The notes beneath the pieces are model-generated. The model was not told the origin of the DNA. It saw only the letters and a list, made by a program, of their open reading frames with translations, and searched no databases. The translations under genes and the position numbers were made by a program. A stretch of 58,165 bases of DNA, taken from a virus. Lineage: Duplodnaviria > Caudoviricetes. This document shows positions 19,551 to 29,203 of this stretch, piece after piece (positions within the stretch are counted from its first letter, which is position 1; each line of letters begins with the position of its first letter). The stretch is from the IMG/VR virus record IMGVR_UViG_3300037470_000764, positions 1 to 58,165 of that record; one strand, given 5' to 3'.

Positions 19551-20257
19551 CAGCCCCTCGCTGCCTGGTTGGAGGGCGACGAGCGCGCGTCGGTCTGTAG
19601 CTTGATCCCGACGGCGCTGGCGAACTGGCCGTAATGCGCCGCCGCCCGGCCCGGCATGGCGCCGTCATCGTCCTTCGACTGAGCGCGATAGCAGACATAA
19701 TCGACCAGAGCGACGTCATAGAGGGGCAGGAGGCCGACGTCGCCGCTATAGGAGCCAAGCGCGTTGACGTCGCCCGTCGCCGCAACCGCTGTCGGGATGG
19801 TTGCCATCACCACCTCGACAAGGCCGGTCCCATCATTGCCGGGATAGACATAGTAGATCGACGGATCGTCGTCGGAGAAGACGAACTGCCGCACTTCCTT
19901 TTTGAATGGGACCTGGTCTGAATCGTGCCAGTAGGGCTGCTCGGCATCGAGCGTTTCGCGCGCAGTCGGGGCGATGATGCGCCCCCCGACAGGCGGGCCG
20001 TCGCTCTTGAGATTACGCACCACGCGCAGCAGACGGACCGGCTTGGGTGAAGGGGCTTCGAGGATCGGCAGGGTTTGCAGCGTGCCGAGCCCAAGCGAGA
20101 CGGCGCGCGTTTCGGACGATGCGTCGGGTTTGGCGAGACATATCGCCCCCACACCCTCATTGAGCCAGCCGACAAGCTCGGGCAGCGTCCAGCGAACATA
20201 TTCCTCGTCGAGCAACAATATGCTCGCGCGGGTGAGAATGACACTGGCAACGGTCAT
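19550..20257 (-). CDS. Head-tail adaptor (DUF6682-like) virion protein
   Basis: LLDEEYVRWTLPELVGWLNEG...YYVYPG...ALVDYVCYRAQSKD. Confidence 0.75.
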   Translation of the reverse strand: MTVASVILTRASILLLDEEYVRWTLPELVGWLNEGVGAICLAKPDASSETRAVSLGLGTLQTLPILEAPSPKPVRLLRVVRNLKSDGPPVGGRIIAPTARETLDAEQPYWHDSDQVPFKKEVRQFVFSDDDPSIYYVYPGNDGTGLVEVVMATIPTAVAATGDVNALGSYSGDVGLLPLYDVALVDYVCYRAQSKDDDGAMPGRAAAHYGQFASAVGIKLQTDARSSPSNQAARG

Positions 20258-20269
20258 GGTGTCGGGGCC

Positions 20270-20704
20270 CTAGTCCGCGTCGAGCGCGGCGTTGTAAAGC
20301 ACGAGAAGTTTCTTGCGGCCCGTATTGGGGTGGGGTGCGTCGCCCGTCTTTTCTTCGATCGCGGCGCGCAGCTGCTCGTTGCTGAGATCGTTCGGATTGG
20401 CCGGCGTTTCCTCGTCGCCGGGCGTGTCTTCCAGCGGTTCCCCGGCCGGCGCGGTTGCTTCCGCGGCGCCTTCGTGGTGGTCGTCCGGGCGCTGGTCGTC
20501 TTCGCCTGTGGGTTCCGGTGTGGGCTGCGGCGGCGCGGCCGGCTCGACCTTCCGGTAATGAGCCGTAACCGAGAGGAAACACTCGGCATGAACCAGGTTG
20601 GTGACGTTCGCGACGGCGCGGCCGTGTTTGTCGAACTGAAACGAATAGGGCTGGCCGCCGACCGATTCGGTGACGGCGCCGGCGAGACACTGGATGATGG
20701 GCAT
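20270..20704 (-). CDS. Hypothetical virion-associated protein with small C-terminal helical domain
   Basis: Acidic/Pro linker, then LSNEQLRAAIEEKTGDAPHPNTGRKKL. GAGGA upstream. Confidence 0.7.
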   Translation of the reverse strand: MPIIQCLAGAVTESVGGQPYSFQFDKHGRAVANVTNLVHAECFLSVTAHYRKVEPAAPPQPTPEPTGEDDQRPDDHHEGAAEATAPAGEPLEDTPGDEETPANPNDLSNEQLRAAIEEKTGDAPHPNTGRKKLLVLYNAALDAD

Positions 20705-20729
20705 GAGCTCGATCCTCGTTGCTGTTGCC

Positions 20730-20778
20730 GAAAAAAACGCGGGGCAGTGCCGGCCCTTAAGCCGGGCAGCGCCCCGCG
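20730..20778 (-). terminator. Intrinsic terminator after the capsid/decoration genes
   Basis: CGCGGGGC...GCCCCGCG stem followed by T7 on the minus strand. Confidence 0.75.
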
Positions 20779-20822
20779 CCTAACCGCCGAAGCGGTCCCC
20801 CGTCGCGTCGCGAACCTGTCCC

Positions 20823-21290
20823 CTAGCCCGCTGCTGTGTAGAACACTCTGAGACCGATGACCCCCGCGGCGGCAGTCGCCGCGTCGGTTACGATTGTGAC
20901 ACCGATCGAGCGATCGTTGGTCGTCGCGGCAATACGGAACGCCGTGGCCAGCGTCGGCCGCGCCACGCCGCCTGCCTGCGCCGTGGTGATGCCGTCGAAG
21001 AGTTCGTCGCCATTGGTCCGGTCCTGCGCCGTATCGCCCCAGTTGCCGGACATGACCCCGACATCGAGCACGATGGCGGGTGTGCCGGTATCGAGGTCGT
21101 CGACATCGAGAATGGCATCGACCAGCACGCAGCCATTGGGCAACGGCACGAGCTCGATGATGTCGCCCTCGACAATATCGGCCGGGACGGTGAAGGTCTC
21201 CCGGAAGGACACGACCTCGCCGGCCTGCAGCGGGTTCGGGATCGGCTTGCGGCCTTTGGCGGCTTCGCTTTGATGGATCGTCATATTCAC
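20823..21290 (-). CDS. Capsid decoration/minor capsid protein
   Basis: Immediately after the MCP. Beta-rich GDIIELVPLP...DDLDTG...LDVG pattern. Confidence 0.7.
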   Translation of the reverse strand: MNMTIHQSEAAKGRKPIPNPLQAGEVVSFRETFTVPADIVEGDIIELVPLPNGCVLVDAILDVDDLDTGTPAIVLDVGVMSGNWGDTAQDRTNGDELFDGITTAQAGGVARPTLATAFRIAATTNDRSIGVTIVTDAATAAAGVIGLRVFYTAAG

Positions 21291-21322
21291 TTTCCCTTGT
21301 TAAGGGTGAGAGGGGGCCGCTA

Positions 21323-22426
21323 TCAGGCCGCGTTCGGATCCTTGGCGTAGGTGTCGAGCGCGAGGACGCCGAAGTCCTTGTCGTCGAAGCGCGCCTTCTT
21401 GACGCCGAGGATCGTGCCGCCGGCCACCAGCGGCATGTTGCCGTGATCGGTCATTTCCTCGGTCCAGGCAAAGCGCAAACCCCCCTTCGAGCCATAGGCC
21501 ACGACGCCGGCCTGACGGCCGAGGAGCAGTGCCCGCGCGGCGGGGAGATCGACGCTCGAGCCATAATCCGAGAAACGGATCACGCTCTCGTGGCTCTGGA
21601 GGACGACGTTCTTGATCATCCCCATATTGCCCTTGAAGATCGGGTTGTTGCGCCCCTCGGCGGCGGCCGCCGCTTTCTGGAAATCGACCCAGGCCGAGCT
21701 CGAAGCGGTGCGCATCGAATGTTCCTGGAACGGCGACATGACGACGACGTAATGCGCTTCGCCGTTCACCATCACGGGCAGCATGTTGGCCGTGGTCGGA
21801 TCGGTGCTGCGCATCGTGCGCGCCTTGACTTCGGCCTTTTCGATCAGGGCGACCGACATGATGTCGGACGTCGTGACGTTGGCCTTCGCCGTCGCCGTGC
21901 CGCCGTAAAGCAGATGGCCGGTGTCGGGTGCCTGGATGGCGTTGGTCGCGTGACCCGCCCAGGTGAGGCTTTCGGTGAAGTCCTCATTGATGCCGCGCGC
22001 ACCGGAGAGGTAGATGAAGATCATCTCGTCGATGAATTTTGACCAGTAGTCGGAAAGGCGGTTCTTGCCGACCACGCGCATATTGTGGACGGTGCGCTTG
22101 CGCGTCATCTTGCCGCCGACCGAAACGCCGTGGCGCATCTGGTCTATCTTCACGTCGTCGGTGAAGAAGCGGAGGTTTTCCTCCTTGCCTTCCAGCTTGT
22201 TGTCGCCATAGGTCGGCGGGTTGCGCAGCTGGACGGAGAGGTCGTAGGAGATCGTGTCGCCGGCGGCCGACTCGAGATCGGTCAGGCGCTGGATCGGCGC
22301 ATTGTCATTCGTGCCGATGAACTTGCGTTCCCAGTACGATTTCTTGACGGTGTCGATGAAGAGAGCGCCGGACCACTTCTTTGCGGCCTTGGGGTCGCCG
22401 AAAGGGATAACTGTTTGACCAGCCAT
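21323..22426 (-). CDS. Major capsid protein (N4-gp56/DUF4043 family)
   Basis: LESAAGDTISYDLSVQL, LEGKEENL, IDQMRHGV, RNNPIFKG and KKARFDDKDFGV motifs. Confidence 0.92.
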   Translation of the reverse strand: MAGQTVIPFGDPKAAKKWSGALFIDTVKKSYWERKFIGTNDNAPIQRLTDLESAAGDTISYDLSVQLRNPPTYGDNKLEGKEENLRFFTDDVKIDQMRHGVSVGGKMTRKRTVHNMRVVGKNRLSDYWSKFIDEMIFIYLSGARGINEDFTESLTWAGHATNAIQAPDTGHLLYGGTATAKANVTTSDIMSVALIEKAEVKARTMRSTDPTTANMLPVMVNGEAHYVVVMSPFQEHSMRTASSSAWVDFQKAAAAAEGRNNPIFKGNMGMIKNVVLQSHESVIRFSDYGSSVDLPAARALLLGRQAGVVAYGSKGGLRFAWTEEMTDHGNMPLVAGGTILGVKKARFDDKDFGVLALDTYAKDPNAA

Positions 22427-22459
22427 GAGCGTCACCTGTTCCAAGAGTTAGGATTGGTG

Positions 22460-22510
22460 GCGCTCCTGCGCTTCGAATCGGAATGTAGCGCAAACCGATT
22501 CGCCCGGCAA
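22460..22510 (-). promoter_or_regulatory. Capsid promoter with inverted repeat and GCGCAGGAGCGC leader hairpin
   Basis: TTGCCG (22510-22505)-N17-TACATT (22487-22482). CGAATCGG/CCGATTCG inverted repeat (22474-22502). GCGCAGGAGCGC at 22471-22460. Confidence 0.7.
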
Positions 22511-22514
22511 GCCG

Positions 22515-22766
22515 TTAAGCCGGAACGGGTGTGCCCGAGAGGCCCCAGGAGACGCGCTGGGGTGGGACGGGGTCGGGCGTGCGGGGGCCTGCGGGACGCC
22601 GGGTTTCGCGTCCGGCGGGCGGCTCGCCTGGTTTCAGGGTGCGTATCGGATAGGCCTCCGACTCGATATTGAGCTGGACAGACTGCCCCCGGCGCTCGCC
22701 GACATGAATTGTCGTCGATGCGCCGATCTGCAGTGTCTGTCCAACCTTGACGACGATACGCAGCAT
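22515..22766 (-). CDS. CsrA/RsmA-like RNA-binding translational regulator
   Basis: MLRIVVKVGQTLQIGASTTIHVGERRGQSVQLNIES follows the CsrA pattern (ML.L.RR.GE.I.IG..I.V.V....G..VR.GI.A). Confidence 0.7.
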   Translation of the reverse strand: MLRIVVKVGQTLQIGASTTIHVGERRGQSVQLNIESEAYPIRTLKPGEPPAGRETRRPAGPRTPDPVPPQRVSWGLSGTPVPA

Positions 22767-22775
22767 GTCAGGCCC

Positions 22776-23762
22776 TTAGTCCGGCGACTGGTAATAGCGG
22801 TCGCGTTGCTCGTCGGTGAGTTTCGCAAGTGCGTCTTCGAATTCGACGCCGGTCAGGCGGCTGATCGCGGCAAATTCGCCGCCATCGGTCGCCTCGTTCA
22901 TGTCGGCGGCGGGGAGTTTGCCTATATTGGGCGGCGGCGCGGGGCGCTTTGGCGGAACCGTCGCCGCGGGTTTGGTCTCAGGCTTTGGCGCGGCTTCCTT
23001 TTTGGGCACCGCCCCGCCCGCGATTTTGCGGACGTCCTTCATGACGACGTGATGGGCGAGCTCCAGCACGGCCGGGTCGAACGGGTTGTATTTGCCTTCC
23101 GCCTGAATCTTGTGGACCTGCGCGTCGAGGGCGGCATAGAGCGGCGAGCCCTTTTCATACTCCGGGTGCTTGTCCCAGAACGCCGGCATGGTCTGGCTTT
23201 GATATTCTTCCAGCGCGGTGGCTGTGATCCGTTTTGCTTCGCGCAAATCGTCGCGGCGATCCTGCAGCGGCGCCTTGGCCTTGTTGTAATCGGCCCGTTC
23301 CATCTCGCCTTCGTCGAATTTCTTGTCGAGGGCGGCTATCTCGTCGTCGATGCCGGTGATTTCCTTGTCGGCATAGGCCGGCGCGATGTAGTTGGCGATC
23401 GGCTTTGTCGGCTTGAAGACCGGCTCGTCTTCCTCGCCCGTTTCCGCGTCTGCGCCTGCTTCCGCGTCTGCGTCCGCAGCGGCTTCCACTTCCTCCTCTT
23501 CTTCTGTGTCAGCTTCGGCATCGGGCTTCGGCGGCGGGTCTTTCGGATCCTTTTTCGCCTTCGGGGGGTTCACTTCCGCCGCTTCCGCCACCTCTTCTCC
23601 GGCCGCGCCGGCTGCCGCCTCGTCTTCCTCGGGCGCGTCTTCACCGGCGGCATCGAGTTCGTCGGCATCGTCGATCATCGACGTGTCTTCGAGCCCCTCA
23701 CGCTCTTCGTCGGTCAGGAGTTCCAGTTCGGGCTCGGTAAATCCGTGTTTCGGTTTGGCCAT
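22776..23762 (-). CDS. Scaffold protein
   Basis: Very acidic N-terminal half, helical middle, C-terminal PPNIGKLPAAD...FEDALAKLT. Lies between portal and MCP. Confidence 0.75.
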   Translation of the reverse strand: MAKPKHGFTEPELELLTDEEREGLEDTSMIDDADELDAAGEDAPEEDEAAAGAAGEEVAEAAEVNPPKAKKDPKDPPPKPDAEADTEEEEEVEAAADADAEAGADAETGEEDEPVFKPTKPIANYIAPAYADKEITGIDDEIAALDKKFDEGEMERADYNKAKAPLQDRRDDLREAKRITATALEEYQSQTMPAFWDKHPEYEKGSPLYAALDAQVHKIQAEGKYNPFDPAVLELAHHVVMKDVRKIAGGAVPKKEAAPKPETKPAATVPPKRPAPPPNIGKLPAADMNEATDGGEFAAISRLTGVEFEDALAKLTDEQRDRYYQSPD

Positions 23763-23788
23763 CTCGGGTTCCTCTTTCGATCAACGCA

Positions 23789-26056
23789 TCAGCCGGCGAG
23801 GCCGGGTGCGTAGGGTGGGGCTTGGGGACTGCTCTGCTGTGCCGCCTGTTGCGCCGCGGCTTCCCGCTCAGCCAGCTGCTCAGCCAGGGCTTGCTGCTCG
23901 GCCGCGGCACGGGCGGCCTCTTCCTTCTCGGTCCGGCCTTCAAAACCGACCTCACGCATGAGCCGGTCGGATACGGGGACAATGGCCGGCGCGACGGCGA
24001 TGTCGGCCGCGACGTCGATCGCGCCGCGTTTCGGACCGCCAAGGGCCTGCATGTTGGTTTTGACCGCCGTGGCTTCTGCCTGTACGGCCTGCGCTTCGGC
24101 CCGCATCGCCTCGCCGACGACCTTGCGCAGATTGGCCATGAACAGCGCTTCGTTCATCTGGTCCTGCTTCTGCGCCGCCGCGGCGCGCGCCATATCCTCC
24201 TCCGACGGTTCTTCCTGGTCCGGATCGCTCTGGCCGGTGATGGCGCGAATACGCCGGACCAGCTCTTCGCGCATCGGCAGATCCATGCTCTCGACGGCGA
24301 TGTCGAGCATGACGAGGGCAACTTCGGGTGGAAGACCTTTCATCACCTCGAGGAGTTGTTCGGCCGCGGCCTGGCGCACCGAGGCGCGCCACTCGCCCTC
24401 GGAGAGCACGAAATCCGCCTTGGACCGCGTGATGTCGTTCTCCGGCAAGCCGTCATTGATGTCGACGAATTCCGGGTTGCCGCGGATATTGGTGATGCGG
24501 AACTGCTTTTTCTCCGACATGAACTGTTCGATCAGCGAGAGTTTCTTCTCGCCGCTGATCAGGTAGGCAAGCCTCAGATTGTCGAAGAGCCCGGCCGTTG
24601 CCATGGAGCCCTGCGTCTGCCGACGTTCGATGGCGATGCCTGACGTCGCATTGGTCTTTCGGCCCATATTCTCGTCGGTCACGCCGCTCTGCGTCTGGAT
24701 CATCTGGATCGAGCGCGCCATCATGTCCATATGGGCTTGCTCGAGGCCCCGATCTACATTGAGCGTCAGTTCCTTGCCCTGGTTCTTGACGATGACGGCG
24801 TCGGGACGGGCATTCTCTTCGATGAACGCGTCGAGATCGTCGACCGCGCCCTTGTCCATGATCACCTTGTTGGTCGAGATGATGTGCAGCGCCTTGGAGG
24901 CGCGCTTGTTGATGTCCTCCTGGATGTCGCGCAAGCGCCGGATCACGCCGTAGGGCATGCCGTCGCGGTCGCGCCGGTAGCACCAGATCGGGGTGAAGGG
25001 GAAACGGTTGTGGCGATAGGGGCTTTCGGAATGCCACAACAGGCCGACACTCGTCATGATGCAAACGTGAACGCGCATCACGAGTCGGTCGACCAGCTCG
25101 GACTCGCCGCTTTCGACCGCCTCGATATGGCCCGGCGAGTGCGGGTCGTAAATCTCGCGGTCGAACTGGCCGCCCTTGAGGCTCTGCTTTGTCGCGGGCT
25201 TGCGGTACCAGGCTTCGATGACCCGGACGCGCTCGCGCTGGTAGCCATATTCGTTGTGAGAACGGGAGGACCAGGCACCCATGGAATGCTCGGCCTCGGC
25301 CGCGTCCATCGGCTCGTCGCCCTCCTCGTCGATCATGTAAGCGCCGGCCGCGTCGTCGACGCTGCGCTCAAGCACACCCTTACGCTTCGGGAACACGGCC
25401 TGGAGAATGTCGAGGTCGATCCATTTGGTGCGATAGATGTAGCGGCCGTCCTTGAGGTCGGGCTCCTTTGCGGTCGAGTCCCAGAGCATGTTCCGCCACG
25501 ACTCGGCGCGGGCATAAATCGGCTCGTCGTCATCCTCGTCCTGAATGCCGTCCTCGAGCCAGCCGATACCGCCTTTGGCCGCTTCCGCGAACGCGGCGGA
25601 GACGGTGAACTGGGAATGGTTGCAATCCTCGAGATATTTGAGGAGGGCTTTCTTCTTCTCCGCCGGCTTCGGCATGTCCTTGCGGCGCGGCAGGACGTTG
25701 TAGTCCGCACGGCCGCGCTTCTCCGTGCCGGTGATCCAGTCGATCGTGGAAGAGATCACGTTGTAGACCAGCGGCACCTGGCCGCGATCGCGCAGCACCT
25801 GCGCGTCTTCCTCCCGCCACTGGATGTTGTCGTAGAAGTCGAAATCCACCGCCATTTCAAGGCGATTGTCGTGCTGCCGGTCAAGCTCATGCGTGTAGAG
25901 ACCCATCAGCCTTGTATGGACCAGGCCCATCTCCGGGGAATCGAGCTCGTCCGGTTTTGTGACGACGGGTTTTGCGCCCTTCGGGTCGCCCGGGATCGGC
26001 GACTTGTAGGGTTTTTTGCGCACCGAGCCTTCGGTCTTGTCGTTGACGTCAAACAT
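23789..26056 (-). CDS. Portal protein (P22-like podovirus type)
   Basis: DFDFYDNIQW...RGQVPLVYN, SPYRHNRFPFTPIW, PYGVIRRLRDIQEDINKR and NATSGIAIERRQ motifs. Confidence 0.92.
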   Translation of the reverse strand: MFDVNDKTEGSVRKKPYKSPIPGDPKGAKPVVTKPDELDSPEMGLVHTRLMGLYTHELDRQHDNRLEMAVDFDFYDNIQWREEDAQVLRDRGQVPLVYNVISSTIDWITGTEKRGRADYNVLPRRKDMPKPAEKKKALLKYLEDCNHSQFTVSAAFAEAAKGGIGWLEDGIQDEDDDEPIYARAESWRNMLWDSTAKEPDLKDGRYIYRTKWIDLDILQAVFPKRKGVLERSVDDAAGAYMIDEEGDEPMDAAEAEHSMGAWSSRSHNEYGYQRERVRVIEAWYRKPATKQSLKGGQFDREIYDPHSPGHIEAVESGESELVDRLVMRVHVCIMTSVGLLWHSESPYRHNRFPFTPIWCYRRDRDGMPYGVIRRLRDIQEDINKRASKALHIISTNKVIMDKGAVDDLDAFIEENARPDAVIVKNQGKELTLNVDRGLEQAHMDMMARSIQMIQTQSGVTDENMGRKTNATSGIAIERRQTQGSMATAGLFDNLRLAYLISGEKKLSLIEQFMSEKKQFRITNIRGNPEFVDINDGLPENDITRSKADFVLSEGEWRASVRQAAAEQLLEVMKGLPPEVALVMLDIAVESMDLPMREELVRRIRAITGQSDPDQEEPSEEDMARAAAAQKQDQMNEALFMANLRKVVGEAMRAEAQAVQAEATAVKTNMQALGGPKRGAIDVAADIAVAPAIVPVSDRLMREVGFEGRTEKEEAARAAAEQQALAEQLAEREAAAQQAAQQSSPQAPPYAPGLAG

Positions 26057-26480
26057 CCTCGGTGACCTCCGTCTCGATGCGCTGACCGGTCTCGTTGTTC
26101 GTCACCACCATGTCGGCCGTGACGACGGTTTCGAAGCGGGGGCGGGGGGGGATGCTCAGCACGTCGCCGATGTGGTTGCGCACCACATCAAGGATCTTGA
26201 AGGCGTTCTTTTTGGTCGGCGAGAGGCGGAGATAATCGAGGAAGCCGGCGACGATCTCGCCGCACTTCACCTCGTCGCCCACCTCTTCGGTCCAGACCCA
26301 GATATTGTCCATGGTTACGATGCAGGGGATGCAATGTTCGGAGCGCTCATCGCCGACACGGATCAGCACGAGGCAGGGCCGGTAGCCATCATTCGTCTTG
26401 AGCCATGTGCCAAAAGCCATGATGGAGCCGTGGCGCTTGACAAAATGGACCTTGGAAAGATTGAGGACATGGTCTGTCAT
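26049..26480 (-). CDS. Hypothetical protein between terminase and portal
   Basis: Start MTDHVLNL overlaps the terL stop (ATGA), and its own stop overlaps the portal start. Confidence 0.75.
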   Translation of the reverse strand: MTDHVLNLSKVHFVKRHGSIMAFGTWLKTNDGYRPCLVLIRVGDERSEHCIPCIVTMDNIWVWTEEVGDEVKCGEIVAGFLDYLRLSPTKKNAFKILDVVRNHIGDVLSIPPRPRFETVVTADMVVTNNETGQRIETEVTEDV

Positions 26481-28054
26481 GCGGCCATCCCTCCCCGATT
26501 GCGGCGTTTCGGGATCTGCCCGGCGCGGATCGTCAGCAGGTTCTTGCCCCATTGCGAGCGCTGCCGGATGGCATCGGCCGCGTGCTGATTGCCGTTTTTG
26601 GCCGGCACCGAGGTCCAGACCCCGTGGCGGACGTTGAATTCCTTGGCGTAGTGCTCAAGGTGTTTTATGCCGGTGGCGCATTTCTCGGCGTCGAACCAGT
26701 AGGTGTTGAAATCGTCCTTCATCACCCGGATCGCGGTCAGCAGTTCATTGGTCTTGTCGACGATTTCGATCGGTCCGAGCCCGAGATCGGTGAGAATGTC
26801 TTCGACGGTCTTGGATTGATCGGCGCCGGGGAAGCGCCGGGCCCCGTCATGCGGCAGGAAGTGCGTGCCGAAGACATAGGGCTTCGCCTTCACCTCGCGC
26901 ACGATATGGCTATAGGTCTCGCCGCTCGCCTCGAGATAGTCGATGAAGCGCTCCTGGGCGCCGACAAGCTGATGAAACCAGACTGCGACGTCGTCCGTGC
27001 CGCCATGGTGGAGGTCCCACCAGGTATAGACCGGCTCGGAGGGGTCGTAAGGCACGATGGTGATGCGGTTCTGCCGCCGCGCGAGAGAAATCTCGTTCAC
27101 CAGCCACTTTCCGTCCGCTGCGACCTCGAAGGCCTCGTCGAGTGTCGTCGGGAATTGCGATTTCATCGACGCCCAGTCGCCGGAAAAGTCGCTGTCGAGC
27201 TTGTTGACGTACCAGGCGCGCCGCGGCAGGGAGATGTCCTGGCCGATGTCGACCTCGGCACGGTCGAAATAGGCGTGCTGCTTCTGCGTGATATGGACGA
27301 GGGCCGGCTCGTCGACCTGGTATTCGTCGGCATCCCACCAGCTCGCGAAATGCAGCCGGTAATCCATCGGGGTGAGGCGCTTGCCGGCGTCCTTGTGGGC
27401 CTTCGCCGTCATCACTTTGTCGAAAAAATCGCCGTCATTGCCCTCGGCGGTCGACTCGATGACGATGATGCCGTGGAGGTCGACGGAGGGCAGCGAGCCG
27501 TCGCGGATTTCCTTGGCCTTGGCCGGCGACTTCGCGCAAATCTTGCCATATTCCGAGACATGCAGATATTGCAGCGTGCGCGAGCGCGTCGAGGTCGCGA
27601 CGATCAGGAAGGAGCCGTTGCGCCACTTCAATTCGGTGACGTTGTCGGTCTCCAGCGGGTTCATGGCGCGGATCGACGCCGGCAGGCGCTCCCAGGCGAA
27701 TTTGATCTTGTCGTCGCGGATACCTTTGGCAAGGTCGTCGGTCTCGGCGATGATGGCGGCGCCGATGTTGTCGACGAAGAGGCAGGCGTCGAGGATCATC
27801 AGCTGGACGACGGTCGAGAAGCCGCGCTGCCGGGCTTTCGGAATCACGTTGCGATTCCATATTTTGTGGAGGAAGCGCTCCTGCTCCGGCCACGGATTGA
27901 AGCGGACCGTGTCGCCGTCCTTGTTCCGAATGAAATAGATGTTTCGAAGCCGCCAATGCGGATCCTTCAGCAGCTCGACGATCTCGTCGTGACTGAGATT
28001 GTCGAGAAGGGGATCGACCGCGACGTCGTCGGGGCGGGGCGCGATGGCGTTCAT
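26477..28054 (-). CDS. terL: Terminase large subunit
   Basis: KARQRGFST Walker A, LHVSEYG Walker B, ESTA motif III, YTWWD, FLPHD and HAADAIR nuclease motifs. Confidence 0.95.
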   Translation of the reverse strand: MNAIAPRPDDVAVDPLLDNLSHDEIVELLKDPHWRLRNIYFIRNKDGDTVRFNPWPEQERFLHKIWNRNVIPKARQRGFSTVVQLMILDACLFVDNIGAAIIAETDDLAKGIRDDKIKFAWERLPASIRAMNPLETDNVTELKWRNGSFLIVATSTRSRTLQYLHVSEYGKICAKSPAKAKEIRDGSLPSVDLHGIIVIESTAEGNDGDFFDKVMTAKAHKDAGKRLTPMDYRLHFASWWDADEYQVDEPALVHITQKQHAYFDRAEVDIGQDISLPRRAWYVNKLDSDFSGDWASMKSQFPTTLDEAFEVAADGKWLVNEISLARRQNRITIVPYDPSEPVYTWWDLHHGGTDDVAVWFHQLVGAQERFIDYLEASGETYSHIVREVKAKPYVFGTHFLPHDGARRFPGADQSKTVEDILTDLGLGPIEIVDKTNELLTAIRVMKDDFNTYWFDAEKCATGIKHLEHYAKEFNVRHGVWTSVPAKNGNQHAADAIRQRSQWGKNLLTIRAGQIPKRRNRGGMAA

Positions 28055-28755
28055 GGCGCCCCCTCGTCATCGGCGCGCGGCCGGATCGACTGACCGCGAA
28101 TTTCGGCCAGCGCCCGCACCAGCGGGTCGCCCTCCGGTGTCTCGTTGGAGACGCGCTCCTTGAAGGCCTGCACATCGACATGCTTGCCGATGAGTTCGAT
28201 GCGGCTCTTGCGGTCCGAGGACCTGATCTTGTGCGTCCGCCCCGATGCGACCTTGTTGCCTTCCTTGTCCTCCTCATAGAGGACTTCGGTCTCCAGCCCG
28301 ACCACGAGGCCTGTGCGCCAGACCTTGGGCCACTCCCGGATAGGCCTGAGAACATCGTTTTCGTCATAGATGTCGGCAAGGTCCGCGTCTGCTTCCTGCA
28401 CCAGGCGCTGCAGCACCCAGTTCGCGTCGATCCGGGTCTCCTCGAGGCGCTTCTTCAACGCCTCCTGGATAGCGGCCTGGATTTCAGGTTTATTCAGCAA
28501 CTCGTGACCGATCGAATAGGCGGTCTTTTGGCTATAGCCGGCGGCTTTCGCCGCGCGTGTCGCGTTGAAGTCCTTGATGTATTCGAGCACGAAAAGCTGC
28601 TGCTTGGCATTGAGAGTGGCGGGCTTCTTTTGCACCGCCTTGGCGACCTTCATCGCTGGCTTCGTCGCTGATTTGCTTTTGGCGCGCGGCGAAGCCGGTC
28701 CCGCCTTGCTGGCGTTCCTTTTGGCATGTGTCTTTTTCTTCTTTGCCACGGCCAT
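28051..28755 (-). CDS. terS: Terminase small subunit
   Basis: LNAKQQLFVLEYIKDFNATRAAKAAGYSQKTAYSIGHELL (Terminase_2-like), C-terminal IELIGKHVDVQAF. Confidence 0.93.
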   Translation of the reverse strand: MAVAKKKKTHAKRNASKAGPASPRAKSKSATKPAMKVAKAVQKKPATLNAKQQLFVLEYIKDFNATRAAKAAGYSQKTAYSIGHELLNKPEIQAAIQEALKKRLEETRIDANWVLQRLVQEADADLADIYDENDVLRPIREWPKVWRTGLVVGLETEVLYEEDKEGNKVASGRTHKIRSSDRKSRIELIGKHVDVQAFKERVSNETPEGDPLVRALAEIRGQSIRPRADDEGAP

Positions 28756-28782
28756 GTCCGGGATCACCTAAAAGCCAATGCG

Positions 28783-29193
28783 CTAGCCGAGACCAACCTT
28801 TTTCACGACGAGCCCGAGCCCGAACAAAACGCCAGCCTGATTTGTGAGAGCGCCGATATTTGACTGGATGGAAACCTGCATCACGGCACAGGCGGCTTTT
28901 GCCTGTCCCATGCTCGGGAGCATGACGTCGTTCCATTCCTCGCCCCACTCGCCCTCGATTTCCGGCAGCGTTCCTCCCGCGAGAGGCATGGCGCCGAATA
29001 TCACCCCAAGCTCTTCCGAGATTTCGGTGGCGTGTCCGAAGTAGTGCGTGGCGGGAGCCTGCGCGGTCGGCGCCGCACCCATTGAGAAAGTGTTGGGCCC
29101 GAGGCCAAGCGCGAAGCCGACGAGATTGGCAACATCGCGGAACGCCGCTGGCACGATGTAAAAACCGGAACGGGCTAAAACTTCTTGCGGCAT
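28783..29193 (-). CDS. Hypothetical protein
   Basis: GAGG RBS before MPQEVL. LGPNTFS...PATHY motif. Tightly linked to the upstream gene. Confidence 0.6.
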   Translation of the reverse strand: MPQEVLARSGFYIVPAAFRDVANLVGFALGLGPNTFSMGAAPTAQAPATHYFGHATEISEELGVIFGAMPLAGGTLPEIEGEWGEEWNDVMLPSMGQAKAACAVMQVSIQSNIGALTNQAGVLFGLGLVVKKVGLG

Positions 29194-29203
29194 TTTAATA
29201 TCC

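Noticed and set aside
474-28671. Many long plus-strand ORFs opposite structural genes (e.g. 24731-26065, 26552-28093), and similar antisense ORFs elsewhere
   Set aside because: Shadow frames expected at high GC, with no RBS or motifs, fully overlapping well-supported genes.
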